Notes: a model not told the origin generated them from the letters alone. Counted from the first letter of the stretch, positions 17,217 to 28,010 are shown. The stretch: DNA of 64,000 nucleotides from Candidatus Poribacteria bacterium (GCA_965215015.1 OZ244042.1:4160001-4224000); one strand, 5' to 3'. Numbers and translations are program-made.

Positions 17217-18263
17217 ATGAAATTACCAGATATTCGGAAAAATGCACGATGGTATGTTTCCATCCCCCTCTTTAGCATATCAATTCTCAGCACTCTTTTA
17301 ATCTTTATTATAACACTCTATATGGTACGCTATTTATCCCCGGTGGATGCAAATGCAAAACCCATACAATTGAAAATTGTCCGTGGTATGAGCTCGCTGG
17401 CAGTAGCAAATCAACTTGCCCATAAGCATCTAATTCGCAGCTCGTGGGTTTTCCTATTTGCCACCTATCTCAGTGGCGCGAGCCACAGGCTGCAGGTTGG
17501 AACTTACCATCTCAGTGGGGCAATGAGTATACCACAAATTATTGATTATCTCAAAACCGGAAAAGTAATCACACATCAATTGGTAGTTCCTGAAGGCTTA
17601 ACGGTTGCACAGATTGGCAAACTTTGGGAAAAAGGGGGCTTTGGAACAGTAGCCGCTTTCAACGAAGCCGTGGGCAACTCAGAGTGGCGGAGTTACTACA
17701 AGATTGAAGGAAAGACGTTAGAAGGCTACCTATTCCCAAACACATACCAATTTCCTGATGGATCACCTGCGGCGGTGATCATCCAAACCATGCTTGATGA
17801 ATTCGAGCAACGGTGGACAACTGAGATGAGCGAAGAAGCCACGGCACTTGGATTTTCCAAACATGAAATAATTACCCTTGCCTCTATTATTGAAGCCGAA
17901 GCAAGGGTCGCTGAGGAACGCCCTTTAATTTCATCTGTTTTTCACAACCGTCTGCGTCGCGGTTGGAAGCTTCAAGCCGATCCAACAGCACTCTATGGAT
18001 TAGGGAATCCCGATCGGCCACCGAGAGCAGCAGACCTCAGAACCGATTCACCTTATAATACTTATCTTTACAAGGGGTTACCGCCGGGACCAATTTGTAA
18101 TCCGGGTATAGCTTCAATTTTTGCAGCATTACGTCCGGTCTCAGCTGAGTACATGTATTTTGTCGCGATTGGCAACGGCAAGCATCATTTTTCAAGAACA
18201 TTAAAAGAACACCGAAACATGATTAAAAAAATAAAACAGAAGCGCAATTCGATTACTGATTGA
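17217..18263 (+). CDS. mltG: Endolytic transglycosylase MltG
   Basis: N-terminal TM; LEGYLFPNTY, LASIIEAE, NRL, LQADPT, SPYNTY, GLPPGPI. Confidence 0.95.
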   Translation: MKLPDIRKNARWYVSIPLFSISILSTLLIFIITLYMVRYLSPVDANAKPIQLKIVRGMSSLAVANQLAHKHLIRSSWVFLFATYLSGASHRLQVGTYHLSGAMSIPQIIDYLKTGKVITHQLVVPEGLTVAQIGKLWEKGGFGTVAAFNEAVGNSEWRSYYKIEGKTLEGYLFPNTYQFPDGSPAAVIIQTMLDEFEQRWTTEMSEEATALGFSKHEIITLASIIEAEARVAEERPLISSVFHNRLRRGWKLQADPTALYGLGNPDRPPRAADLRTDSPYNTYLYKGLPPGPICNPGIASIFAALRPVSAEYMYFVAIGNGKHHFSRTLKEHRNMIKKIKQKRNSITD

Positions 18264-18383
18264 AAAAGATATGAAGTTGGAAGTAATGCGCTAACAAGTC
18301 CAGATTAAACCGCACTCAAGAGCACATAAACCTTTCAATCAGAAAATCGGTAATCTCCAACCAAACGAAAGGGCACATACTCT

Positions 18384-19646
18384 TTGGCTTCACAACAGAC
18401 CATTCAAAAAGAGGTAACTATCTCAGGAACCGGTTTAATGCTTGGCGAGCCGGTCACCCTCACATTCAAGCCGGCACCAGCAGACCATGGCATCGTGTTT
18501 CACCGGATAGATTTGCCCGATGAACCGGTAGTCCAAGTTTGTTCCGATAACTATCAAGCAGTTATTCCTCGTTGTACAAGCCTCCGTGCTGGGGAAGCGA
18601 CAGTCAATAGCGTTGAACATCTGTTGTCGGCATTCGCTGGTATGGGCGTCGATAACATGCGAGTCGATATTGATGCGCCGGAGTGCCCAGCATTAGATGG
18701 CAGCGCACTACCGTATGTGCAAATCCTACAGCAGGCAGAAATAATTCAACAAGATATACCACGCGCCCCCATTGAGTTGAAAGATCCCTTTGCCGTTTAT
18801 GACGAAGACAAACAGCTCATCCTACTCCCCTCGAACTCCTTTCAAGTATCCTTTGTTTATGATCATCCCAAGCTTCCTGCCCAAATTGAGACCTTTACTA
18901 TAGATCCAGAAATTTACGCCAATGAGATTGCTCCTGCACGCAGTTTTTGCTTTGCTGACGAGATAGAGTTACTCAGAGGGCAGGGCATCGGCAAGGGAGC
19001 GAGTTACGATAACGTCCTTGTCATTGAGGCTGATGGTACCACTAGTAGCGACTTAAGGTTCGCAAATGAATTTGTCCGACATAAGATGTTAGATTTGATT
19101 GGTGACCTTTACTTAATCGGAAAAATTCCCCAAACCCAAGTCGTAGCACTGAAGTCGGGACATGCGCTTCATGCACAACTTATCCTATCAATGGCAGAAA
19201 AAGGGTTGACACAACAGCAAGATCCTGTTGAAATCATGGATATTTTGGAAGTATTGCCGCATCGCTATCCGATGTGTATGCTGGATCGGATTATCGAAGC
19301 GGAGTATGGTAAACGGGCGGTCGGTATTAAGAATATCAGCTTTAACGAGCCTTTTTTTCAGGGGCACTTTCCAGAACAACCCGTTATGCCCGGCGTTCTA
19401 CAAATGGAAGCGTTGGCGCAACTAGGGGCATGGTTGCTGTTAAAGGAGCTAGGTGCTGAAGGGCAAGTCGGATATTTTGTGTCAATTAAGGAAGCCAAGT
19501 TTAGACGCCCAGTTATACCGGGTGATCAACTCCGGTTAGAAGTCGAAGTTCTGCGGAGACGCCGGACTTGGGCGTGGCTTGGCGGTAAAGCATATGTCGG
19601 CGATCAACTTGCGGCGGAAGGAGAGTTGTCTATCGCTCTGGGGTAG
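18384..19646 (+). CDS. lpxC: Bifunctional LpxC-FabZ
   Basis: LpxC motifs VEHLLSA, DGSA, HKMLDLIGD, SGH, then FabZ motifs LPHRYP, FFQGHFP, PVMPGVLQMEALAQ. Confidence 0.95.
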   Translation: MASQQTIQKEVTISGTGLMLGEPVTLTFKPAPADHGIVFHRIDLPDEPVVQVCSDNYQAVIPRCTSLRAGEATVNSVEHLLSAFAGMGVDNMRVDIDAPECPALDGSALPYVQILQQAEIIQQDIPRAPIELKDPFAVYDEDKQLILLPSNSFQVSFVYDHPKLPAQIETFTIDPEIYANEIAPARSFCFADEIELLRGQGIGKGASYDNVLVIEADGTTSSDLRFANEFVRHKMLDLIGDLYLIGKIPQTQVVALKSGHALHAQLILSMAEKGLTQQQDPVEIMDILEVLPHRYPMCMLDRIIEAEYGKRAVGIKNISFNEPFFQGHFPEQPVMPGVLQMEALAQLGAWLLLKELGAEGQVGYFVSIKEAKFRRPVIPGDQLRLEVEVLRRRRTWAWLGGKAYVGDQLAAEGELSIALG

Positions 19647-19669
19647 GGATCGACGATAAGGGTTATGAA

Positions 19670-19975
19670 TTGAAATTCAGTGAATTAGTAAGATTATTGG
19701 AAAAGAATGGATTGAAGCTCGTGGAGCAAAAGGGGTCAATAAGATATAATGGGAAAACTGGTTTGCCTCGGTTGATTTGAGTGGACTATCATGGCGCATT
19801 TAAAAGAGCAGGTGTTCGGCATTCCATCGAGGATTGCTTGTATAAGGCAAAATGGGGCATGAAAGAACATGGGACTTTATTGAAAGAGCAGGGATTGCCT
19901 GTTCTGCCTAAAAATAAAAACCCTCAGATTATTATTCAAAACCGGAAAAAACGATTGCCGCCTGATGTGAATTGA
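19670..19975 (+). pseudogene. Decayed hicA-hicB toxin-antitoxin pair, fused
   Basis: MKFSELVRLLEKNGLKLVEQKGSIRY...LI*VDYHG (HicA-like, TGA at 19778), running in frame into HSIEDCLYKAKWGMKEH...LKEQGLPV (HicB-like). Confidence 0.7.
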
Positions 19976-20066
19976 TAGATGAGGGAATAAACCGATTGTC
20001 TCTCACACTGGCATAGACTTTTTGTGTAGTTTATGGAGCCGGCCATTAAAAATAGGGAGAGCAGCC

Positions 20067-20858
20067 GTGACAAAAATTCATGAAACTGCCATCATCCATC
20101 CGAAAGCCGAACTAGACGAGAATGTTGAAGTCGGTCCCTTCTCAATTATTAGCGAGGATGTGCAGATTGGCCGTGGAACTGTGGTTGGTCCGCATGTACA
20201 AATCGACCGGTGGACGACCATCGGTGAAGACTGTCAAATTTTTTTCGGCTCTACACTTGGCAATCCGTCAAAGGACCTCAAGTATGGCGGTTGGCGAAGC
20301 TATACCCGAATCGGCAATCGAAATGTCCTACGCGAGTACGTCTCGATTTCCAGAGCCACGAGCGAGGACGGTGCAACAATCGTTGGTGATAATAATCTCC
20401 TCATGAACTGGGTCAATATCGCCCACGATACAGTTGTTGGAAGTCGGATTATTATGGCGAACTTTGCGACAATCGCCGGGCATGTCCTCATCGAAGATGA
20501 TGCACGGATTGGTGCCCATGCCGCAATTCACCAGTTCGTTCGGGTTGGAAAAATGGCAATGGTTGGCGCATGCTCAAAATTTGTGCAAGATGTACCACCA
20601 TTTACTATGTCCGATGGACACCCCGCCCGTGTGCGTAGTTTAAATATTGTCGGGCTTGGCACCTCACAAGTTCACCCCATGGCGTCACTCTCCCCTGAAA
20701 CCATTGGACACCTCAAGAGTGCCTATCGCACTCTATTTCGCAGCAAAGTCAACCTCACACAGGCGATTGCACACGTAAGAGACGAGGGTGAACCGGACGC
20801 GGAAGTGGAATATCTCCTGAATTTTATTGAGAGTTCTCAACGGGGAATCGGCGTTTAG
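20067..20858 (+). CDS. lpxA: Acyl-ACP:UDP-N-acetylglucosamine O-acyltransferase
   Basis: Hexapeptide repeats; DLKY, REYVSI, IAHD, HQF, QDVPPF; GTG start after GGAG. Confidence 0.95.
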   Translation: MTKIHETAIIHPKAELDENVEVGPFSIISEDVQIGRGTVVGPHVQIDRWTTIGEDCQIFFGSTLGNPSKDLKYGGWRSYTRIGNRNVLREYVSISRATSEDGATIVGDNNLLMNWVNIAHDTVVGSRIIMANFATIAGHVLIEDDARIGAHAAIHQFVRVGKMAMVGACSKFVQDVPPFTMSDGHPARVRSLNIVGLGTSQVHPMASLSPETIGHLKSAYRTLFRSKVNLTQAIAHVRDEGEPDAEVEYLLNFIESSQRGIGV

Positions 20859-20885
20859 CCAAAAACGGATTGCAAGGGGACAGCA

Positions 20886-21689
20886 TTGGAAAAACTTGGG
20901 CTCATTGCTGGGGCGGGTGATTTGCCTCTACTGCTTGCACAAGCAGCGTTGGAGCAAGGTAAGATACCGATTGCTATTCAGATTACTCAACCTACCTCCA
21001 AACAGCTTGAAAGTGTTGCTGCAGAGGCGTATTCGTTTGGAATTGGGCAGGTTCGGAAAATAACAAAAACGTTGCTTGATTCGGGTGTGCGAGAACTTGT
21101 AATTATCGGTAAAATTGAAACCAGTATCCTCTTCCGTCCGTTTTTAGTAGATTCCACAGCTGTCAAGATTCTAGCGAGGAGTCGTAACAAAGGCACTCAC
21201 GCGATTGTTGCTTCGGTGATTGAGCACTTTGAATCAAAAGGAATTATTGTGATCGAGCAGCACCGTTTTCTGAAAGGATTGATGCCGAGGGCAGGCGTGT
21301 TGACAAAAAGGCATCCGACCCAATCCCAGTGGTCGGATGTGAGGTACGGGATGCAGCTCGCGCGTCGGGTAGCGGATTTAGGGATTGGACAGACTGTCGT
21401 TGTGAAAAATATGATGGCAGTCGCGATTGAAGCGGTTGAAGGGACAGATGAAGCGATAAATCGGGGCGGGGCACTCGCCGGTAAAGGCATCGTCGTTGCC
21501 AAAGCCGCGGCGACAGATCACGATTTTCGTATCGATGTGCCAACGGTCGGGGATCAGACGCTAAAAGCCCTACATGCAGTTGGTGGCAGCGTGCTTGCCG
21601 TTGAGGCGGAGCGGACGTTTGTCATGAATCAACGCGCGCTTTGCGAAGAGGCAGATCGCTGGAAAATTCCAATTGTCGCTGTGGCTTAA
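20886..21689 (+). CDS. lpxI: UDP-2,3-diacylglucosamine pyrophosphatase LpxI (DUF1009)
   Basis: LGLIAGAGDLP, IGQTVVV, AIEAVEGTD, DFRIDVPTVG; follows lpxA. Confidence 0.9.
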   Translation: MEKLGLIAGAGDLPLLLAQAALEQGKIPIAIQITQPTSKQLESVAAEAYSFGIGQVRKITKTLLDSGVRELVIIGKIETSILFRPFLVDSTAVKILARSRNKGTHAIVASVIEHFESKGIIVIEQHRFLKGLMPRAGVLTKRHPTQSQWSDVRYGMQLARRVADLGIGQTVVVKNMMAVAIEAVEGTDEAINRGGALAGKGIVVAKAAATDHDFRIDVPTVGDQTLKALHAVGGSVLAVEAERTFVMNQRALCEEADRWKIPIVAVA

Positions 21690-21805
21690 CCAATGAGGAA
21701 TTGGTTTTTGCCAGAAATCATACCAGTTTCACCAGATGGAACCATATAGGACATTCATCTGTGGTGGACATACCGTTAGCCGCGGGCTTTTTGGTGCTGT
21801 ATTCA

Positions 21806-22936
21806 TCACAATTCCATGACAACCGTATTGGTCAGGTAGGGGGAATCAAAACGGGTGAGTTCACCGGCACTCAAACCGGGTACAGGGAATAAGCGGGCAG
21901 AAAGGGGTTTGTCCCATCGAATCGAAAGGGAAGCCACATCGGTAAGGATGGCGCAGATTTGATTAATGGACGTATCACCGGGAATCGGGATGGTATCTAG
22001 CCCGGTGCCGCAGACAGCGGAGTAGAGCAGCAAGCTGTCTAGGTTAAAACATCCTGCACGGCTACGGTCTCCCAAAACCTTATCCTCAAGGACCGGGAAC
22101 ATCAACCCCGAATATCCGCATCGCGGCAAATTCAGTGAACCAAGGGCCCGTGTGATTGTCTCTGCGACAGTAAGAGTTCCCCCTTCACCGAATCTACCGG
22201 GCAGTTGGGTCTCAATTGCGCCGGCGATGCTTTCAGCTCCCATCGGAGCCGGTGAGACGTCCAACCCTACAAATCGAATCCCGGCTCCCTTCGCAATGTC
22301 TTCGGCGAGGGCAACAATCTTTCTTCCTTCGTGCTCCATTAGGTCTTTCAGCCGCTCCGACGCAATCTGTAGATTTGATGCGTCAACGAATACGTCATGA
22401 ACAAGATCTGCAGCCTGCCAACCGACCCCGACGTTGAATCCTTCGTCCTGCCAATACGCAGCGGGGAAAAAGGGGGTATTGGGTGGGCAATTCATTATTG
22501 CTGCAAAACGTAGATTGCCAAGACCGTCGTCGGTGTTGTGGGCAATCTGTTTCATGGCTGACGCTGTCTTTTCGGCTGCCTCCCACCCGATTTGTTGGTC
22601 AGGGGTTGTCAACGTGGCTGATGCAAAGAGGGTTCGGCTTTGAGAGATTGCGTCTGGGACGATGGCAAGATAAGCAGGCGTTTGCGGAAGGTGTGGAGCG
22701 ATCGTTCCTAAGCTGAAAAATTCGCCCCCCAACTCAACGACACGGTGATCCAATTCAAGAACTTGACCGAGGCTGGCAATTTCGCCCCACGCTTGGCTGC
22801 TCACCCGTGTGGTCTGGACCTGGTATCCCTTCGCTTCAAAACGCGCCTGGCAGCGACGATTAAAGTCTATTGCGAATTGCAACTGTTCACGGGAAAAGGC
22901 GTCGGGTATTCCTACGGTTACGGTTCGGATTTTCAT
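21806..22936 (-). CDS. DUF711 (PFL-like, UPF0210) family protein
   Basis: MKIRTVT, PFFP, DVSPAP, GYSGLMFPVLED, SAVCGTGLDTIPIPG. Confidence 0.85.
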   Translation of the reverse strand: MKIRTVTVGIPDAFSREQLQFAIDFNRRCQARFEAKGYQVQTTRVSSQAWGEIASLGQVLELDHRVVELGGEFFSLGTIAPHLPQTPAYLAIVPDAISQSRTLFASATLTTPDQQIGWEAAEKTASAMKQIAHNTDDGLGNLRFAAIMNCPPNTPFFPAAYWQDEGFNVGVGWQAADLVHDVFVDASNLQIASERLKDLMEHEGRKIVALAEDIAKGAGIRFVGLDVSPAPMGAESIAGAIETQLPGRFGEGGTLTVAETITRALGSLNLPRCGYSGLMFPVLEDKVLGDRSRAGCFNLDSLLLYSAVCGTGLDTIPIPGDTSINQICAILTDVASLSIRWDKPLSARLFPVPGLSAGELTRFDSPYLTNTVVMEL

Positions 22937-23896
22937 GACTCACCATAAATCCCGATTTTCCGATAGCGTTCGCATCGTTGTTCGACCAAGAGTGCTGAAT
23001 CAATCTCCATCAGTTCCTTGAGATGCTTCCGGATTGCAGTTTTAACACGTCTAGTTGCTAGCGGAATATCACGGTGAGCTCCACCGAGGGGTTCGCGGAT
23101 AACTTCATCAATAACGTCAAATCTCAAAAGATCTTCGGCTGTTGGCTTGTAACCTTCGGTCGCTTCCGGTGCGCGTTCTCCCTGATCTTTCCAGACAATA
23201 CTACTGCATACTTCGGGCGCAGCAACACAGTAAATAGCGTACTCCATCATCAGGACGCGATCTCCAATAGCAATAGCTAAGGCCCCCCCCGCTTCCACCC
23301 TCACCAATTATTACAACGATAATTGGGACACGCAAAGTGGACATCTGTGCTAGGTTCTCCGCAATCGCGATCGATTGGCCTCGCTCCTCCGATTCTGCAT
23401 CGTAATGGGCTCCACGCGTATCAACAAAGCAGATCAAGGGACGCTTAAACTTTTCGGCTAACAACATCAACCGTCGTGCCTTGCGGTATCCCTCGGGGCG
23501 GGTATACCCAAAATTCATCTCTTGGCGTTCCTTGATGTTCGTCCCTTTCTGCTGGGCGAGGTAAACGACTGGCTGCCTATCAAACCAAGCCAATCCACCA
23601 ATCAAAGCCCGGTCATCGGCATACAATTTGTCACCGTGCAATTCAATTGCATCCTCAAGCATTGCCTCAATGTAGACGGGTGCCTGTGGACGTTCTGCGT
23701 GTCGTGACAGCCACACTTTATCCCACCGTGTTACCTTCCGAAAGGCTTGCCTTGTAAGGTCTTTTGTGTTCTCATCGAGGGCTTTAATCGCCTTTGTGAG
23801 ATCCATTTCAGGATTCACTTCAGCAAACGCCTTCAACTGAGCAGCATAGTGATTGAGTTCAAGCAGCGGTTGTTCAAAATCTAAGAGGCTTCGCAT
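22933..23896 (-). CDS. accA: Acetyl-CoA carboxylase carboxyltransferase alpha subunit, frameshifted at a G8 run
   Basis: LDFEQP, LHGD, PEGYRKA, GQSIAIA and IIGEGGSGG in one frame; GALAI, PEVCSSI and EPLGGAH in another; junction at C8, 23283-23290. Confidence 0.93.
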
Positions 23897-24428
23897 AATT
23901 TAGGTTTCTCTATCGATAGGTTGTTCCTATTGATTTTAATTTAGGATAAAATTTTCCGTTTTCTTGTTGACTCATGCCAAAAGAAAGTGTAAAGTAATCC
24001 ACATATAAAAAAAAGAAAGACTAAAGACGGACAACCACAAGGTTCCGATTCTGTGGTTTTGGTTTCATAAAATCTTACAGAACCGTGAATCCACGATGTT
24101 ATAAGTGTTTTCACTCTTGGAACGGAGATTCAGGGAATCCGACACCATCGGGAGTTGCCCCTACAACCTGCCCAAAACCCCAGTTGCACGATTTTTTATA
24201 GAAGCGTTCAGGTTTTCACATATCACGCATCACTCTCTGTCTCAACAGTTGCAAACTAGCACCAAAGGTGATAGGCATTGGTTAACCGAATGTCAATCGT
24301 GCCTATGATAGGTTAAAATCACTATCAGTTGCCCACAAAACGCCAACGGCACTATAATAACAAGAAATGTGTGCGACGGTGACCATGCACCTGCCTTTCC
24401 CGTATTTTATTAATTCCTTCCCTTTTTT

Positions 24429-25508
24429 TTATCGTTTTGTCTCCGATTCATTCTCCGGGCCTTCCTCCCGTTCAAACAGTGCTTTAACAAAATCACGCCC
24501 GACGAAATCGCGGAGATCGTCTAGTTTTTCACCAATCCCAATCAATCTAACCGGGGCACCAATCTCCTTTTTTACGGCGATGACAATCCCACCTTTCGCT
24601 GTACCATCTAGCTTCGTCACAGCGACACCGGTGATAGGAATTGCTTCGTTGAAAACCCTCGCCTGCATAATCGCATTCTGCCCTGCTGTTCCATCAAGGA
24701 CAAGCAGCACCTCATGCGGTGCCTCCGGAATCGCACGCCCCATCACCCGCCCAATCTTTGCTAACTCATCCATCAATGGCTTTTTTGTGTGAAGTCTCCC
24801 AGCGGTGTCAATGATGAGTAGGTCCGCCTGACGAGACTGCGCCGCCGCAATGGCATCGAAAACGACCGATGCTGGATCTGCTCCTTCGCTGCCTCGGATT
24901 AGCTCTACACCAGCGCGGTTACACCAGATAGCCAATTGGTCCACTGCCGCTGCTCGGAAGGTATCTCCTGCAGCAACAAACACACGCTTTCCCTCAAATC
25001 TGAAACGGTGTGCTAGTTTACCGATGGTCGTCGTTTTACCAGCACCATTGATGCCGAGCACCAAAATTGTATGTAGTTGACCTCCATCAACGTTGATATG
25101 GGCGTCTTCTCCAAGCACATTCAACATCTCTTGCTTGAGAATCTCTCCCAATTCGGACGCATCTTTTAGTCCTTTCTCCCTGACAACCTCGCGCACATTG
25201 TCCATCAATTCCAATGTAGTGTTGACACCCACATCGGCTTGGATTAAGATTTCCTCAATTTCCTCCATCAATTCTTCATCAACTGTTCTGCCAACGTACA
25301 ATAATCCAGAAATCTGTCCTATAATACTATTTCGGGTCTTTGCCAACCCCTGTTTGAGGCGACTAAACCAGCCGCGTTGTTCCTCCGGTGCAGCTTCAGA
25401 CTCTAATAGTTCAGTTGCAGGTTCCTCAACGTTAGTCTGTTGTTCTTCCAACAAAGCATCTGTTTTCCGATTGAATAAATTTCTGAGCATTGATTTCCTC
25501 ATTACCAA
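24429..25508 (-). CDS. ftsY: SRP receptor FtsY
   Basis: GINGAGKTTTIGK, DTFRAAA, DTAGR, TKLDGTAKGG. Confidence 0.97.
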   Translation of the reverse strand: MVMRKSMLRNLFNRKTDALLEEQQTNVEEPATELLESEAAPEEQRGWFSRLKQGLAKTRNSIIGQISGLLYVGRTVDEELMEEIEEILIQADVGVNTTLELMDNVREVVREKGLKDASELGEILKQEMLNVLGEDAHINVDGGQLHTILVLGINGAGKTTTIGKLAHRFRFEGKRVFVAAGDTFRAAAVDQLAIWCNRAGVELIRGSEGADPASVVFDAIAAAQSRQADLLIIDTAGRLHTKKPLMDELAKIGRVMGRAIPEAPHEVLLVLDGTAGQNAIMQARVFNEAIPITGVAVTKLDGTAKGGIVIAVKKEIGAPVRLIGIGEKLDDLRDFVGRDFVKALFEREEGPENESETKR

Positions 25509-25595
25509 TACATTCTGAAGTGTTGCAAACAGGAATCTTACTTTTTATGCTGCTAATATATTATACATCAACACTGTCAAGAACGAAACAAAAAT

Positions 25596-25624
25596 TTGAC
25601 ATCCCCGCACGCAAGTCATATAAT
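25596..25624 (+). promoter_or_regulatory. Consensus sigma70 promoter upstream of rhaB
   Basis: TTGACA-17 bp-TATAAT. Confidence 0.75.
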
Positions 25625-25667
25625 ACCGATTTTGAACTGAACCCATAATTGAACCACGAGGGATAAA

Positions 25668-27152
25668 ATGGGAACAACACAGGATTTTTTGGCGTTCGAT
25701 CTCGGAGCAGAAAGCGGGCGTGGTGTCTTGGGATATTTCGATGGAGAACAACTCACACTGGAAGAAATCCATCGATTCCCAAATGGTGGCGTCCGTGTAT
25801 TGGATAGCCTACATTGGGATGTTTTGCGCCTCTGGAACGAGATGAAGACCGCCTTCTCAATTTGTGGGCAGAAAAGTATAGACCTCAGCGGTATCGGGAT
25901 TGATACATGGGGCGTAGATTTCGCATTACTCGGTAAAGGTGATGTACTGCTCGGATTCCCGTATCACTATCGCGATTCGCGCACCAATGGTATGTTGGAA
26001 GAAGCTTTCTGCCGTTTGCCTCGGACAACCCTCTTTGAGCGAAGTGGTTGTCAGTTTCTTCAGATTAACACGCTCTATCAGTTATTGTCAATGGTTATCC
26101 ACAGATCTCCGCTGCTTGACGTTGCAGAGACGTTTCTGATGATTCCGGATCTTTTCAACTTCTGGTTGACGGGGCAGAAGGTCTGTGAATTTACTGACGC
26201 GACGACGACACAGTTCTATGATCTACGAAGAAAGGGTTGGTCAAAAGAGATTTGCGATGCACTCGGTTTGCCATCTGAAATCCTGCCAGCGATTGTGGAA
26301 CCGGGGGCACAGCTTGGTACGTTGCTGCCTTCTGTTGCATCGGAAACGGAATTGCCTGAAATCCCGGTGATTGCCCCGGCTTGCCACGACACCGGCTCAG
26401 CTGTCGCCGCAGTACCGGCGCACGGCGAAGATTGGGCGTATATTAGCTCCGGCACATGGTCACTAGTAGGAATTGAGGTTCCTGAACCCATCATCACCCG
26501 TCAGGCCCTTGAACTCAATTTTACGAATGAAGGTGGGGTGGAGAACACATTCCGCTTCCTTAAAAATATCATGGGCCTCTGGCTCGTGCAGGAGTGTCGA
26601 CGGACATGGGCGCAAGCAGGCAATGAGATGTCCTATGCTCAGATGATCCGACTCGCTGAAAAGGCAAAGCCCTTCACCGGTCTGATTGATCCGGATGACG
26701 ATGCGTTTTTGCCCCCCGGCGATATGCCATCACGCATCGTTGATTACTGCAAACGCACGGAACAAAACCCACCATCAAACACAGGAGAGATTCTCCGGTG
26801 CGCGTTGGAAAGTCTCGCCCTCAAATATCGGTGGGCTCTAGAAAAATTGGAGGCCGTCCGCGGACGGTCAATTGATGTTATCCATATTGTCGGTGGAGGA
26901 GCGCAGAATCAAACACTTTGTCAGTTTACTGCAGATGCGACCGGAACACTGGTCATCGCGGGCCCTGTTGAGGCAACAGCACTTGGAAACATCGCAGTCC
27001 AAGCAATCGCATGTAGATTAATCGGATCCATTGCTGAGGCGCGGGAAGTTATCCGCCAATCTTTCAATGGTATTACATATGAACCGCAGCGATCCGCGAG
27101 ATGGGATGAAGCCTACGCACAATTTCTGAAGATAACAGGGCTGCCCTCTTAA
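25668..27152 (+). CDS. rhaB: Rhamnulokinase-like FGGY carbohydrate kinase
   Basis: DLGAESGR, IDTWGVDF, YRDSRT, HDTGSAV, SSGTWSL, TNEGG, LKNIMGLW. Confidence 0.88.
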   Translation: MGTTQDFLAFDLGAESGRGVLGYFDGEQLTLEEIHRFPNGGVRVLDSLHWDVLRLWNEMKTAFSICGQKSIDLSGIGIDTWGVDFALLGKGDVLLGFPYHYRDSRTNGMLEEAFCRLPRTTLFERSGCQFLQINTLYQLLSMVIHRSPLLDVAETFLMIPDLFNFWLTGQKVCEFTDATTTQFYDLRRKGWSKEICDALGLPSEILPAIVEPGAQLGTLLPSVASETELPEIPVIAPACHDTGSAVAAVPAHGEDWAYISSGTWSLVGIEVPEPIITRQALELNFTNEGGVENTFRFLKNIMGLWLVQECRRTWAQAGNEMSYAQMIRLAEKAKPFTGLIDPDDDAFLPPGDMPSRIVDYCKRTEQNPPSNTGEILRCALESLALKYRWALEKLEAVRGRSIDVIHIVGGGAQNQTLCQFTADATGTLVIAGPVEATALGNIAVQAIACRLIGSIAEAREVIRQSFNGITYEPQRSARWDEAYAQFLKITGLPS

Positions 27153-27194
27153 TTGTATTTTCACAATCTGATTAAGCAAAAGGAGAGACACTTC

Positions 27195-28010
27195 ATGCTG
27201 ACTGAAGAAGAAAAATGGTGGTTTGACCTGCACGGCTATCTGGTACTCAAGGGTGCCGTCCCGCAGGCAGACGTAAAACGAATGGTCGAATTGTGCGATA
27301 CTTGGCATGCCCTTGATGATAGTGAATTGCCCCCACCGTTAAAGAGCTATCATGATGTGAACACCAAACCGACTACACCGCGCTCAATCAATAACGTTCC
27401 GTATGCGGACGAAGTTTTTCAGCGGCTGGTTCTCAATCGGGAGATTATGCGAGTGGTGCTTGCACTGACAGGGAACTCCCCTCAGTTGCTTTCGGTTGCA
27501 CTCACACGAAACACCAAGGAATCCGACGACCTCCAGTTTCACGGTGGTTTCTCCGGCGGGCTCCGCAATCCGGCGAACGATTACCAAGCCGCCCATGGAG
27601 AGGTCTTTGCAACTTTTCTTAACGCTGGTGTTTCACTGGTGGATGTGCCAGCCGGTACGGGGTTTGTGTGCATTCCCGGCAGCCATAAATCTAATTTTCC
27701 CAAGCCCGATTATATAAATATCTACAACGACCCGCCGACCGTTGCAAATGTCAGTGTGAACGCGGGGGATGTAGTTCTGTTTACAGAGGCACTCTGTCAT
27801 GGCGCACGGTGCTGGACGCTCGACACCCCGCGTCGCACTGTCTTCGTCCGTTACGGGACGTCCTATGCCTCTTGGTCGCCCGGATATGGCCCTATTGAGG
27901 AACATCGAGACAAATTGTCAGAAGATGTTTATGAACTACTCCAAATGGCAGGCTTCCAACATCGAAAACGGGTCGTGACCCGATTGCTTGCAGAGATAGG
28001 CGACCAATAG
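27195..28010 (+). CDS. PhyH-family Fe(II)/2OG oxygenase (HxG variant)
   Basis: FDLHGYLV, FHGG, IPGSHK, AGDVVLF, distal HG, RR. Confidence 0.85.
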   Translation: MLTEEEKWWFDLHGYLVLKGAVPQADVKRMVELCDTWHALDDSELPPPLKSYHDVNTKPTTPRSINNVPYADEVFQRLVLNREIMRVVLALTGNSPQLLSVALTRNTKESDDLQFHGGFSGGLRNPANDYQAAHGEVFATFLNAGVSLVDVPAGTGFVCIPGSHKSNFPKPDYINIYNDPPTVANVSVNAGDVVLFTEALCHGARCWTLDTPRRTVFVRYGTSYASWSPGYGPIEEHRDKLSEDVYELLQMAGFQHRKRVVTRLLAEIGDQ

